Shown: positions 26,412 through 35,418, counted from the first letter of the stretch. The stretch: 41,330 nt of DNA from an uncultured Lachnospiraceae bacterium (GCA_902797785.1 CADBUD010000076.1:1-41330); one strand, 5' to 3'. Program-made: numbers and translations. The notes: a model not told the origin generated them from the sequence alone.

Positions 26412-27545
26412 ATGTGGAAAAGAGTTATTTTGACCGTAGGAATTCTGGTTTTATTGCTGGAAAGCAAAAGCAGCGCAGAAGTAAGAAATAAATCAGAAGA
26501 AAAAAATACTGTCACAGAAGAAATATTAGATAACATCGAGTTTGATGAGATTGATAGGAGTATGGAAAATTCCATGCTTTCCTTTCGGGAAATCGTTACC
26601 AAGCTCTTGCAGGGAGAACAGCCGCTTTCGGCAGATAAGTTAAAAGATGTATTGTTTTCTCTTTTTTGGGGAGAAATTGATCAGAACAGGAAACATATGA
26701 TCTATCTTTCCATCATTATTATTTTTTCGGCGCTCTTTATAAATTTTTCCCATGTCCTTCCCAATGCACAGGTTTCAGAAAACAGCTTTTACATCTTTTA
26801 CCTGTTGATGATCATGGAATTGATGCAGTCTTTTCTTGATTGCAGCGGGGTGGTTTCAGACGCGCTTTTGACTTTGATGGATTTTATGAATGCCTTAGTT
26901 CCTTCCTATCTTTTGACCGTTACCTTTGCCAACGGAAGCTTGACCGCAGGATATTTTTATGAAGTCGTTCTCTTAGTGATTTTTCTGGTGGAGAGAGTAT
27001 TCTTAAAAGCCCTGCTGCCTCTGATCAAGGCCTCCTTAGTCATTGGTTTTTTTAACTTTTTATCAAAAGAAGACATCCTGTCTGCATTATCGGAGCTATT
27101 TGGAACCATTGTGAAATGGGCAGAAAAAAGCCTTTTTGCGCTGGTTCTTGGAGTTAATGTGGTACAGGGAATGGTATCCCCGGCATCAGATGCGATAAAG
27201 AGACAGATGGCCGGAAGGGCAGCAGAGGCAATTCCGGGAATCGGAACGACGATACATTCCGTAACGGATATTATGATTGGTTCAGGAATGGTCATCAAAA
27301 GTGTTGTAGGCGGCGCGGCCTTAGTCGTCCTTGTCATAATCTGCCTGATTCCTGTGTTCAAGCTGGTCGTGATATATTTTATGTATAAATTATTGGAAGC
27401 ATTATTTCAGCCGATTATGGATCGAAGACTTCAGGGAGGTCTGAAAATCCTGGAAAACGGCATCGAAATGCTGATGGGACTTTTGATTCTGACGATGGCG
27501 CTATTTTTTATTACAGTAGCTGTGGTGACTAGGGTAAAAATGTAA
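26412..27545 (+). CDS. spoIIIAE: stage III sporulation protein AE
   Basis: About 377 aa with a signal-like N-terminus (MWKRVILTVGILVLLL) and multiple TM segments. ATG at 26412 follows AGGGAGA. The ORF-track start at 26391 remains possible. Confidence 0.85.
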   Translation: MWKRVILTVGILVLLLESKSSAEVRNKSEEKNTVTEEILDNIEFDEIDRSMENSMLSFREIVTKLLQGEQPLSADKLKDVLFSLFWGEIDQNRKHMIYLSIIIIFSALFINFSHVLPNAQVSENSFYIFYLLMIMELMQSFLDCSGVVSDALLTLMDFMNALVPSYLLTVTFANGSLTAGYFYEVVLLVIFLVERVFLKALLPLIKASLVIGFFNFLSKEDILSALSELFGTIVKWAEKSLFALVLGVNVVQGMVSPASDAIKRQMAGRAAEAIPGIGTTIHSVTDIMIGSGMVIKSVVGGAALVVLVIICLIPVFKLVVIYFMYKLLEALFQPIMDRRLQGGLKILENGIEMLMGLLILTMALFFITVAVVTRVKM

Positions 27546-27572
27546 AAAGGAGAAGCAGAAAAGGAGGAACAT

Positions 27573-28082
27573 ATGGAAGAGATTTTTGTATGGGTCAAGA
27601 CCATAGTATATGTCGTGATTTTTTTGACAATGGCAGAAAATGTTCTTCCGTCAGCATCCTATCGAAAATATATCCATGTTTTTTCCGGAATGATTCTGAT
27701 TATGGCAGTCATACTTCCAGTACAAAAGCTTCCGGAGCTTCTTTTAGAAAAGAAGCAGCAGCTGACGATGGCGAAAGATTTGAATCAGCAGCACCAAACG
27801 CAGAAAGAGGAAGCTATCGAAGACGCAGGTAAAAAACAGGAAAAGCTGTTAGAAAGCATGGATCAAAGTGCCGTGGAGCAGGAAATACTTACAGAATGCA
27901 GGAACCGATGGAAGCAGGTAGAAAAAATTGAGGTATCAGGAAGGCTTTTGGAAGAGGGCGGGTACGAAATAGAAACCATCACGGTAGGTTTGACCTCGGA
28001 ACAGGGGCAGGAGAAAAAAGAAGAAATCAAAGCATTTTTAGAACAGAATTATGGAGAGGGAAAGGTGAGGTTTGATCCATGA
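27573..28082 (+). CDS. spoIIIAF: stage III sporulation protein AF
   Basis: 169 aa with two N-terminal TM helices (WVKTIVYVVIFLTMAENVLPSASYRKYIHVFSGMILIMAVILPV) and a soluble C-terminal domain. Canonical position. Confidence 0.8.
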   Translation: MEEIFVWVKTIVYVVIFLTMAENVLPSASYRKYIHVFSGMILIMAVILPVQKLPELLLEKKQQLTMAKDLNQQHQTQKEEAIEDAGKKQEKLLESMDQSAVEQEILTECRNRWKQVEKIEVSGRLLEEGGYEIETITVGLTSEQGQEKKEEIKAFLEQNYGEGKVRFDP

Positions 28083-28666
28083 AAAAAAACAAGGAAGATT
28101 TGCTATTGACGGTATTTGGGGGAAAAATCAAAAAAGAGCAGTGGATGGTTATTTTTCTGGCGGGAATCCTTCTGTTTGTCATTGCTTTGCCGGAGAAAAA
28201 AAAGGAGGAAGTAAAGACAGAAACCGGGTCAGCAGAACCTGCGTCTTTGACCGGACAGGATGAGGAGGAAAGGTACTGCAAAAATATGGAAAAAAAACTG
28301 GAAGAGATCCTATCCCGAATCGATGGGGCAGGAGAGACCAAGGTGATGATCACGTTAAAAGATTTCGGAGAAGAAATTGTGGAAAAAGATAAGAAAAGAG
28401 AACAAAATACATCAGAAATAGGAACAGAGCAAAGACAGGAGATGACTGAGGAAGAAGAAACTATTTATGGAACGATGGAGAGCGGAAGAGAACAGCCCTA
28501 TATATCAAAGAAAATACAGCCGAAAATCGCAGGGGTTCTGGTACTTTGCGAGGGAGGAGAAAAAGTTTTTGTCAGAAAAAATATTTCTGAAGCAGTTTTG
28601 GCATTATTTGAGGTCGAAGTACATAATATTAAGATAGAAAAAATGAAAAGGAAAGGAGAAGAATGA
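28079..28666 (+). CDS. spoIIIAG: stage III sporulation protein AG
   Basis: ATGA overlap with spoIIIAF. 195 aa with one TM segment, a charged linker and a C-terminal ring-building-motif-like domain (IAGVLVLCEGG). Confidence 0.8.
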   Translation: MKKNKEDLLLTVFGGKIKKEQWMVIFLAGILLFVIALPEKKKEEVKTETGSAEPASLTGQDEEERYCKNMEKKLEEILSRIDGAGETKVMITLKDFGEEIVEKDKKREQNTSEIGTEQRQEMTEEEETIYGTMESGREQPYISKKIQPKIAGVLVLCEGGEKVFVRKNISEAVLALFEVEVHNIKIEKMKRKGEE

Positions 28667-28667
28667 G

Positions 28668-29408
28668 ATGAAAAAAGTGGTTAAGAAAAATCAGATCATC
28701 GTGACTTCTTTGGCAATTATGATTGCAGTAGCAGGTTTTTTGAATTACACAGGAACAAAGATTACCGTACAGGATCTGGCAAGGATTACAGGAAATGACG
28801 AAACAGAAGAGGAATACGAACTGGATGATAATGGAGAGCTTTCTGAAACTTCCGCCAGCGGATCGGCACTGGTGGGAGATGCAGAGGAGACCAATTATCA
28901 GACCTATGAGGACTATCTTGCTTCCGAGGACTATGCAGATTTTCAGGATATGGATTATGCAGAAACTTCAGCAAACACAACAGATACAGCAGATGCAGAT
29001 GAAATCACAGAGGTTCCGGGGGAAGCTGTTCTGACCAATACCGCTGCGGTGGATTTTGCCGCAGAAGCAAAGTTGAACAGAGAACAGATTCGTTCAAAGA
29101 ACAAGGAATTGTTAAATGAAGTGATCAATAATACGAATATTTCTGAGGAGAGCAAGCAGGAGGCCATCAAGACCATGGTTTCCTTAACAGATATTGCAGA
29201 AAAAGAAAATGCGGCGGAAATGTTGTTGTCAGCGAAGGGATTTGAAAATGCTGTCGTATCGATCAGTGATGGAAATGTCGATGTTGTGATCGCGCAGAGT
29301 GATCTGGATGCGGCCTCCGTAGCACAAATTCAGGATGTGGTAAAACGAAAAACAGGAATCCCGGCAGAAAATATTGTGATTACACCGGCCAATGGAGCAG
29401 AAGAGTAG
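28668..29408 (+). CDS. spoIIIAH: stage III sporulation protein AH
   Basis: 246 aa with an N-terminal TM (IIVTSLAIMIAVAGFL), an acidic linker and a C-terminal SpoIIIAH-like domain (REQIRSKNKELLNEVI ... VVSISDGNVDVVI). Last gene of the cluster. Confidence 0.75.
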   Translation: MKKVVKKNQIIVTSLAIMIAVAGFLNYTGTKITVQDLARITGNDETEEEYELDDNGELSETSASGSALVGDAEETNYQTYEDYLASEDYADFQDMDYAETSANTTDTADADEITEVPGEAVLTNTAAVDFAAEAKLNREQIRSKNKELLNEVINNTNISEESKQEAIKTMVSLTDIAEKENAAEMLLSAKGFENAVVSISDGNVDVVIAQSDLDAASVAQIQDVVKRKTGIPAENIVITPANGAEE

Positions 29409-29425
29409 TATTTTTGGATTCTTCA

Positions 29426-29454
29426 TTGAAAAAAAAGGAAAAAAAGGATATACT
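29426..29454 (+). promoter_or_regulatory. candidate sigma-A promoter of holA
   Basis: TTGAAA (29426-29431), 17 nt, TATACT (29449-29454). Lies 27 nt upstream of the holA ATG, which has a GGGAGG RBS. Confidence 0.45.
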
Positions 29455-29480
29455 AAAGAAAGATTATTTGGGAGGAACCT

Positions 29481-30467
29481 ATGAAAAAAATATTGGATGA
29501 TATCAACAAGGGAACGATAAAAAAGTGCTATTTGTTCTACGGTGAAGAAGCCTATTTAAAAAAACAATATGCAAAAAAGCTAAGAGATGCGGTGGTGCCT
29601 GAAAACGATACCATGAATGAAACGGTTTTTCGGGAAAATAAGATTGACGTCAAAGAACTGCTCTCTATTTGTTCTACCATGCCATTCTTTGCGGAACGCC
29701 GGTTTGTTTATGTGGTGGACAGTGGCTTTTTCGAAAAAGCCCCGGAGGAGCTTTTAAAGGGCTTACAGGAGATTCCGGATACGACCTGTCTGCTTTTTTC
29801 GGAGACCAAGGTAGATAAACGAGGAAAGCTGTATAAATTTATAAATAAATCAGGATATGCAGCAGAATTCACACTTCCGGATGCCAATACACTAAAGCAG
29901 TGGGTTCTGTCAAAAATAAAAAAAGAAGGAAAAAAAATCACAAGGCAGGATCTGGAGCATCTGATGTCCCTTCTTCCGGAGGATATGAACCGGATCAATT
30001 TAGAGCTTGAAAAACTTTTCTGTTACACTCTGGACAAAGAAATTCTTACCACCAGGGAAATCGATGCCATTCTTTGCCGGCAATTGGAAAACCAGATTTT
30101 CGATATGATATCCTCCATTTCAGCGGGAAAAGAAAAAAAGGCAATCGAGCGTTACTATGAACTGCTGGAGCTGAAAGAGGCACCATTAAAAATTCTGGCG
30201 CTTCTGGTTCGGGAGTTTCGCATCCTATATGATACTAAAACGGCATCCATGCAGGGAGTTCCCTCAAAGGAAATTGCTTCGAAACTGCATATGAATCCTT
30301 ACATTATAAAAAAATACGTACAGTCCTGTACAGGATTTGAATTGAGAAAGCTGGGAGCGGCCTTGAAAAAATGCGCAGATACAGAGGAACGGATCAAGAC
30401 TGGAAAAATAACAGATACGCTTGGGGTAGAGGTTTTGATTGTACAGCTATTGAACATAGGGAAATGA
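29481..30467 (+). CDS. holA: DNA polymerase III subunit delta
   Basis: 328 aa. The N-terminus (YLFYGEEAYLKKQY...) and overall length are typical of HolA. It is adjacent and convergent to rpsT, as in many Firmicutes. Confidence 0.85.
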   Translation: MKKILDDINKGTIKKCYLFYGEEAYLKKQYAKKLRDAVVPENDTMNETVFRENKIDVKELLSICSTMPFFAERRFVYVVDSGFFEKAPEELLKGLQEIPDTTCLLFSETKVDKRGKLYKFINKSGYAAEFTLPDANTLKQWVLSKIKKEGKKITRQDLEHLMSLLPEDMNRINLELEKLFCYTLDKEILTTREIDAILCRQLENQIFDMISSISAGKEKKAIERYYELLELKEAPLKILALLVREFRILYDTKTASMQGVPSKEIASKLHMNPYIIKKYVQSCTGFELRKLGAALKKCADTEERIKTGKITDTLGVEVLIVQLLNIGK

Positions 30468-30473
30468 AAGAAA

Positions 30474-30529
30474 ATTGGCTGTGAAGCAGCGGGAAATCCG
30501 AATGACGAGAGGAACCTGTGAATGGTAAC
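30474..30529 (-). repeat. two copies of the dispersed motif (minus orientation) between the holA stop and the terminator
   Basis: The reverse complement of 30474-30493 reads CCCGCTGCTTCACAGCCAAT, which matches 35479-35500 at 20 of 22 positions. The reverse complement of 30516-30529 reads GTTACCATTCACAG, a 13/14 match to the 15-mer family. Confidence 0.7.
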
Positions 30530-30531
30530 AT

Positions 30532-30572
30532 AAAAAAGCATTCAATGGACGGAGATTGAATGCTTTTTTTTC
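30532..30572. terminator. bidirectional Rho-independent terminator shared by holA and rpsT
   Basis: AAAAAAGCATTCAAT (30532-30546) / ATTGAATGCTTTTTT (30555-30569), with an A-run on one side and a T-run on the other. A second 9-bp hairpin, CCTAAGACC / GGTCTTAGG (30576-30605), lies next to the rpsT stop. Confidence 0.8.
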
Positions 30573-30627
30573 ATGCCTAAGACCGGCAGCCGAACAGGTC
30601 TTAGGGAAAAATATAAACCGGAAACGA

Positions 30628-30891
30628 TTATTCCATATTGTTTACAAGCTTTGAAATACGAGAAACCTTGTTTGCACAGTTGTTTTTATGGTAAACACCC
30701 TTGGAAGTAGCTTTGCTAATTGTAGAAATGGAGTTTCTCAATGCTTCCTGTGCGGCAGCCTTGTCCCCGCTCTTTACAGCAGCTTCTACTTTTTTGATTG
30801 ATGTTTTTACACTGGAACGAATCGATTTGTTTCTAGCGGTTCTGGTTTTCGTAACCTGAATTCTTTTCTTAGCGGATTTAATATTTGCCAA
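30628..30891 (-). CDS. rpsT: 30S ribosomal protein S20
   Basis: The product (M)ANIKSAKKRIQVTKTRTARNKS... is canonical S20. The probable start is TTG at 30891, with AGGAGG 8 nt upstream. The GTG at 30900 in the ORF track directly abuts the RBS. Confidence 0.9.
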   Translation of the reverse strand: MANIKSAKKRIQVTKTRTARNKSIRSSVKTSIKKVEAAVKSGDKAAAQEALRNSISTISKATSKGVYHKNNCANKVSRISKLVNNME

Positions 30892-30990
30892 GATCAACAC
30901 CTCCTGAGATTATTCAAAAATATGTGAGTTCTAATCAGACTGTGCAGGTAAATGTCGGACACGGACGAATCTACTTACACATACCTGAGT

Positions 30991-31019
30991 ATTTTACCTT
31001 AGATTTTCGGATTTGTCAA
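30991..31019 (-). promoter_or_regulatory. sigma-A promoter of rpsT
   Basis: On the minus strand: TTGACA (31019-31014), 17 nt, TAAAAT (30996-30991). Gives a leader of about 90 nt. Confidence 0.55.
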
Positions 31020-31031
31020 TTAAAATTATAA

Positions 31032-31055
31032 GAAATTTTTCACGAAATTTTTCAC
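31032..31055 (+). repeat. 2 x 12-nt tandem direct repeat GAAATTTTTCAC
   Basis: Exact copies at 31032-31043 and 31044-31055, in the 446-nt AT-rich divergent intergenic region. ACAAATCAAAAA also recurs, at 31069-31080 and 31129-31140. Confidence 0.85.
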
Positions 31056-31194
31056 AAAAAACATCTTTACAAATCAAAAAAAATAAGATATACTAATTTC
31101 ATCTTAAAAATCAACCAAAACTCTAATCACAAATCAAAAACATAATGATTTCTAAAGTTAAGTTTCAAGAATTGTTCAATAAAATTTCCAAATT

Positions 31195-31293
31195 GTTACG
31201 ATTCACAGTCAATTTGATAAATGAAAGAGATTCGTCGCACTTGCGCGTAAGAAACTCTTTTATTTAGCAAATTTTCCTGCTGTGAATAGTAAC
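31195..31293. repeat. 99-nt long imperfect hairpin bounded by inverted copies of the dispersed 15-mer
   Basis: Outer arms GTTACGATTCACAG (31195-31208) / CTGTGAATAGTAAC (31280-31293): 14 bp with one mismatch. Inner stem TAAATGAAAGAG (31218-31229) / CTCTTTTATTTA (31255-31266), including one G-T pair. Confidence 0.7.
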
Positions 31294-31346
31294 TCCAAAT
31301 TACCAATCTGATTCCCTTATTAAAACGCATAAAGGAGACAGATAAA

Positions 31347-34067
31347 ATGAAAAAAATAACAGGTAAACTGGCAGTAATTGCATTGACCGCAGGATTAATG
31401 GGAAGCAGTTGTCCATTTCATTATGCAGCAGCTGCCGAAAAATACAGTGTAGAGACTGATGCAGAGGGATTTGACACAGAATCAAATGAGCAGATCGTAC
31501 AAAAAACATATGATCTGAATGCTCTTGATTACCGTACTGCGCCGATTGCTGAAATCAATACCGCATTGGCAGCAAATGAAGAGCGAAAAACAGCAATCTG
31601 GTTCTTCTCCCTCCCGGAAGAAGAACAGCAGGATCTGATGAATCAGGAGGATTTTTATCTCAACGGCACCATCCTGACACAAGAGGGAACGCTTGATTCG
31701 GATACAGGGCAGATTTCTCTGGATGCGTCCAAAACGCAGGAAGAGAGCCTGTATGATTATATGAAGCAGATCTACGAAACAAGAAATCTCTTACAGGCGT
31801 CCTTTGGCAGCGCGACCGGTTATATGACGATTATTTTCAAGAACGCTGCAGGAACCAAGAGTAATTCGATTCGAATCGCGATCTCCGGACTCAGTACATC
31901 AAAGGAGACGACGACCAGACAGAACATCAAGATCAAATATACAAAATCAGGGAGTTTTCTGAGTTTTTCCGGCCTGGATGCCAGTGAAAAAAGTCTTTTA
32001 GCATCCAGCAGCAAAAAAGACACCTATACGGTATTTTATGATACATTTGCATATACCAAGCCTGCCGGCTATAAGGTGACCGGCGTGGAGTATGCCAATG
32101 TAGCAGGCGGAAGATACAAGCTGGACTGGAATCCGGCAATCTTTGGATACAGCTATGGAAGCTTTGCCAATAATTATACGATTGTCAATGATGATATCAT
32201 CAAAGCATATAATACCAATGCGACGATGAATCAAATCTCGACCGCGCCGCTGATGGTCTATGAAACAGCGCAGACGCATAAGCTGATGCTTTTGACGAAT
32301 GTGATCTACAATATGGGGGTCGGCGCTTCTAATGGAACAGCAACAGGGCATGAGGTAATTACCGTTACGTTGACACCTGCGACGTATCATGTCATTTATG
32401 ATACCAAGGGCGGGAGCGCGGTACAGAATCAGACGGTGTCCTATGACCAGGCTTTTACGCTTCAGCCGGCACCAAGCAAGAAGCTGACGGTCACTTTCGA
32501 TGGAAACGGAGGGACGGCCGGACAGGCGAGTGCAGAAAGCAGTTGCAGCTTTGGAGGATGGAATTCTACACTTGGAATCAAAGCAGCCGGCAGCAGTGTG
32601 ACGAATCTGACGACGGCAAATGGAGGAAAGGTCGCAATGACAGCAATTTGGAAGGAGGGAACGATTACGCTTCCTTCTGCTTCACGGACAGGTTATACCT
32701 TGACTGGTTGGGGGACATCGACGAATGCCGCAAAGGGGAGCGCGGCAAATACAGAATATAAAGTTACAGAAAACCAGACACTTCATGCTCTATGGACGCC
32801 AAATACTTATACGATCAGCTTTGACAGCAGGGAGGGAAGTGAATGTGAGGATATGACGGTTTTCTATGACAGTGAGGTCGAGCTTCCGGTACCGGAGCGG
32901 GAGGGATATCTCTTTGAAGGCTGGAGCGGTGCCGGAGGGGCAAATATGAAGAGAGCCAAAAATCTGGCGGAAAGCGGAAATGTTTCTCTGACGGCGCAGT
33001 GGAAGGCAGAGGTCGGTACAGAATATACCGTAAATCATTATCTTCAGACTGCGGCGGACAGTGAAGATTATGAACTGGAAGATTCTGAAAGCTTTTATGG
33101 AACAACGGATACGACAATTACTGTTTCGGGAAAGGATTATCCGGGATATATAACCCCGGCGTCCCAGCAGATCACGATCAACGGAGATGGAAGCAGCACA
33201 GTAGATTTTTACTATCGATGGGAGAAAAAACAGGAATCTTCTGTCATTTCAAAGGATAACACGACAGTGATCAGGGAGAGTACGACAGAGCGTTCATCGG
33301 CAGGAAATCAGGGCTTGAGTGATGCGGATATGAAAAAGCTGTTGTCCCTGATAGAAAAATATGAAGGAAAGACAGTTACGGTAAAAGGAATGGAATACCT
33401 CCTGGAAAAAACGAGAGATGGCAGCTTTGAAGTGAAGCTGGTAGGAAGTGGAACTTCTACAAATGTCGTTATTCCGGATTCGATTCAGGTGGATGGAGTT
33501 ACCGTTCCGGTCACTACCATCGGAAGCACATTTAAAAATGACAGATTGATCAAAAGCGTGACCATCGGGAAAAACATTTCTTCCATTGCCGGAAATGCGT
33601 TTGAAAATTGTACCAGTTTAAAAAAGGTAAAACTGGGGAACAATCTTTTGACCATTGGAAACAATGCATTCAAAAATTGTACGAGCCTGACCAAAATTAC
33701 CATTCCCAAGAAAACCTTAACGATTGGAACAAGAGCCTTCTATAATTGCCGAAAGCTGAAAAAAATCAGCGTTTCCGCTAATTCCAAATTACTTCGAATC
33801 GGGAAAGAGGCATTTTGCAACTGTACAGCATTAAAGAAAACGACAGTACCAAAAAAGGTTGCTTCTATGGGGAAAAAAGTCTTTTATAACTGCTTCAATC
33901 TCAGCAGGATCACGCTAAAGACAGGAAAGCTTTCTTCGAAGACCATCGGGACAAAGGCCTTTGGAAAAACAGCCGGAAAGCTGATTTTTAAGGTTCCGTC
34001 AGCCAGCAAAAAGACCTATCGGAAATTTCTCCTGAAGAAAGGAAATAAAAAGGCCGGCATCCGATAA
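31347..34067 (+). CDS. 906-aa secreted protein with Listeria-Bacteroides (Flg_new) repeats and C-terminal BspA-type leucine-rich repeats
   Basis: AAGGAG RBS and signal peptide MKKITGKLAVIALTAGLMGSS. Flg_new-like units span about aa 345-555 (YHVIYDTKGG..., RTGYTLTGWGTS..., YTISFDSREG...REGYLFEGWSG). A beta-rich module follows (GTEYTVNHYLQT...VDFYYRW). Then come LRR_5/BspA-like repeats (IGSTFKNDRLIKSVTIGKNISSIAGNAFENCTSLKKVKL..., x5-6) and a basic tail. No sortase or SLH anchor. Confidence 0.8.
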   Translation: MKKITGKLAVIALTAGLMGSSCPFHYAAAAEKYSVETDAEGFDTESNEQIVQKTYDLNALDYRTAPIAEINTALAANEERKTAIWFFSLPEEEQQDLMNQEDFYLNGTILTQEGTLDSDTGQISLDASKTQEESLYDYMKQIYETRNLLQASFGSATGYMTIIFKNAAGTKSNSIRIAISGLSTSKETTTRQNIKIKYTKSGSFLSFSGLDASEKSLLASSSKKDTYTVFYDTFAYTKPAGYKVTGVEYANVAGGRYKLDWNPAIFGYSYGSFANNYTIVNDDIIKAYNTNATMNQISTAPLMVYETAQTHKLMLLTNVIYNMGVGASNGTATGHEVITVTLTPATYHVIYDTKGGSAVQNQTVSYDQAFTLQPAPSKKLTVTFDGNGGTAGQASAESSCSFGGWNSTLGIKAAGSSVTNLTTANGGKVAMTAIWKEGTITLPSASRTGYTLTGWGTSTNAAKGSAANTEYKVTENQTLHALWTPNTYTISFDSREGSECEDMTVFYDSEVELPVPEREGYLFEGWSGAGGANMKRAKNLAESGNVSLTAQWKAEVGTEYTVNHYLQTAADSEDYELEDSESFYGTTDTTITVSGKDYPGYITPASQQITINGDGSSTVDFYYRWEKKQESSVISKDNTTVIRESTTERSSAGNQGLSDADMKKLLSLIEKYEGKTVTVKGMEYLLEKTRDGSFEVKLVGSGTSTNVVIPDSIQVDGVTVPVTTIGSTFKNDRLIKSVTIGKNISSIAGNAFENCTSLKKVKLGNNLLTIGNNAFKNCTSLTKITIPKKTLTIGTRAFYNCRKLKKISVSANSKLLRIGKEAFCNCTALKKTTVPKKVASMGKKVFYNCFNLSRITLKTGKLSSKTIGTKAFGKTAGKLIFKVPSASKKTYRKFLLKKGNKKAGIR

Positions 34068-34166
34068 AAATGAGAACACTGCGCGGTCTATGAAGAAAGC
34101 GGCAAGTCTTTTCATCCATGAGTATAAATAACCTGTTTACCGCATAAGATGATAAAAAGCAATGCA

Positions 34167-34197
34167 GCGGTTTTCTTCTGCCACAGAAGAAAACCGC
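34167..34197. terminator. 14-bp palindromic hairpin downstream of the 906-aa gene
   Basis: GCGGTTTTCTTCTG (34167-34180) / CAGAAGAAAACCGC (34184-34197). There is no clean T-tract on the + strand (GGTAAAAAAG follows), so its function as a terminator is uncertain. Confidence 0.4.
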
Positions 34198-34221
34198 GGT
34201 AAAAAAGAACAGGCGGAACGT

Positions 34222-35418
34222 ATGAAACAAAGAACCATCAAGCGCAGCAGGATTTTTCTACTTCTTTTTCTTGGAATTCTATTTTGGGGAAGTGGGATGA
34301 AAGGGGCTGCTAAGGAAGAAGAAAAGCTGACAGATTCCATGTTTTATTCCCGGGGGCTGGTTCTTATGGACGGAAGCAGTAAAAGGGTCTTGTTTGGAAA
34401 AGATGAGGATACGGCGTTTCCTATGGCAAGTACAACAAAAATCATGACTTTGATTGTTGCGTTGGAAAACTCTTCGATGGAAGAAATCGTAGAAGTTTCC
34501 TCATATGCTGCGTCCATGCCGGATGTACAGATGAACATAAGGGAGGGAGAGCACTATTATATGAAAGATCTCCTTCAGGCTCTGATGCTCGAAAGCTATA
34601 ATGATGTAGCGGTCGCAGTGGCAGAGCATGTTGCGGGAAGCGTAGAAAATTTTGCAAAGATGATGAATCAAAAGGCAGAGCAGATCGGATGCAGACACAC
34701 ATATTATCTGACGCCCAATGGCCTGGACCGGGAGGATGAGCATGGCGTTCATTCTATGTCAGCAAAAGATCTGGCTCTTGTGATGCGGTATGGTATTCTG
34801 GAATCGGAACAATCCGAACAATTCCTAGAGATCACCCAGACCCCGTCCTGCCAGTTTTTTGATGTAGAAAAAACGCGTCAGTTTTCCTGTATCAATCACA
34901 ATGCCCTGTTGAGCATGAGAAAGGATGTCATCAGTGGAAAGACCGGATTTACCGGGCAGGCCGGCTACTGTTATGTTGGAGCAGCAAAAGAGGGGGACCG
35001 CATTTTGGTCATTGCCCTGCTAGGCTGCGGCTGGCCGCCGGACAAAAACAGGAAATGGCAGGATGCGGGGCGGCTGCTTGACTATGGATTTGCGCAGTAT
35101 CAGCAAAAGAATCTCACAGAGGGGATCTCTGTACCGGAGTCCATTCCTGTTGAAGGAGGATACCGGGAAAATGTCGGACTTGAAGCAGAAATAAAAGAAC
35201 GATGGATGCTTTGCCGTGAGGAAGAAAATATCTCGACAGAACAGATTCTTCCAAAGAAAATATCTGCCCCGGTAAAACAGGGAGAAAAGGTGGGAACCAT
35301 AAGAGTACTGCTGGATGGAGAATGTATAGAGGAAATCCAGATTACAACAAAAGAAGAAATTAAAAAGCAGGATATGAAATATTGGTTCATCCGGTTTTTG
35401 GAAAGTGCGCTCTTGTGA
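34222..35418 (+). CDS. serine-type D-alanyl-D-alanine carboxypeptidase (PBP5/DacB-like)
   Basis: ATG at 34222 with signal/anchor MKQRTIKRSRIFLLLFLGILFWG. Motifs SxxK (ASTTK), SxN (SYN) and KTG (GKTGFTG), plus a C-terminal PBP5_C-like domain. The ORF-track start at 34162 crosses the upstream hairpin and is a probable extension. Confidence 0.85.
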   Translation: MKQRTIKRSRIFLLLFLGILFWGSGMKGAAKEEEKLTDSMFYSRGLVLMDGSSKRVLFGKDEDTAFPMASTTKIMTLIVALENSSMEEIVEVSSYAASMPDVQMNIREGEHYYMKDLLQALMLESYNDVAVAVAEHVAGSVENFAKMMNQKAEQIGCRHTYYLTPNGLDREDEHGVHSMSAKDLALVMRYGILESEQSEQFLEITQTPSCQFFDVEKTRQFSCINHNALLSMRKDVISGKTGFTGQAGYCYVGAAKEGDRILVIALLGCGWPPDKNRKWQDAGRLLDYGFAQYQQKNLTEGISVPESIPVEGGYRENVGLEAEIKERWMLCREEENISTEQILPKKISAPVKQGEKVGTIRVLLDGECIEEIQITTKEEIKKQDMKYWFIRFLESALL

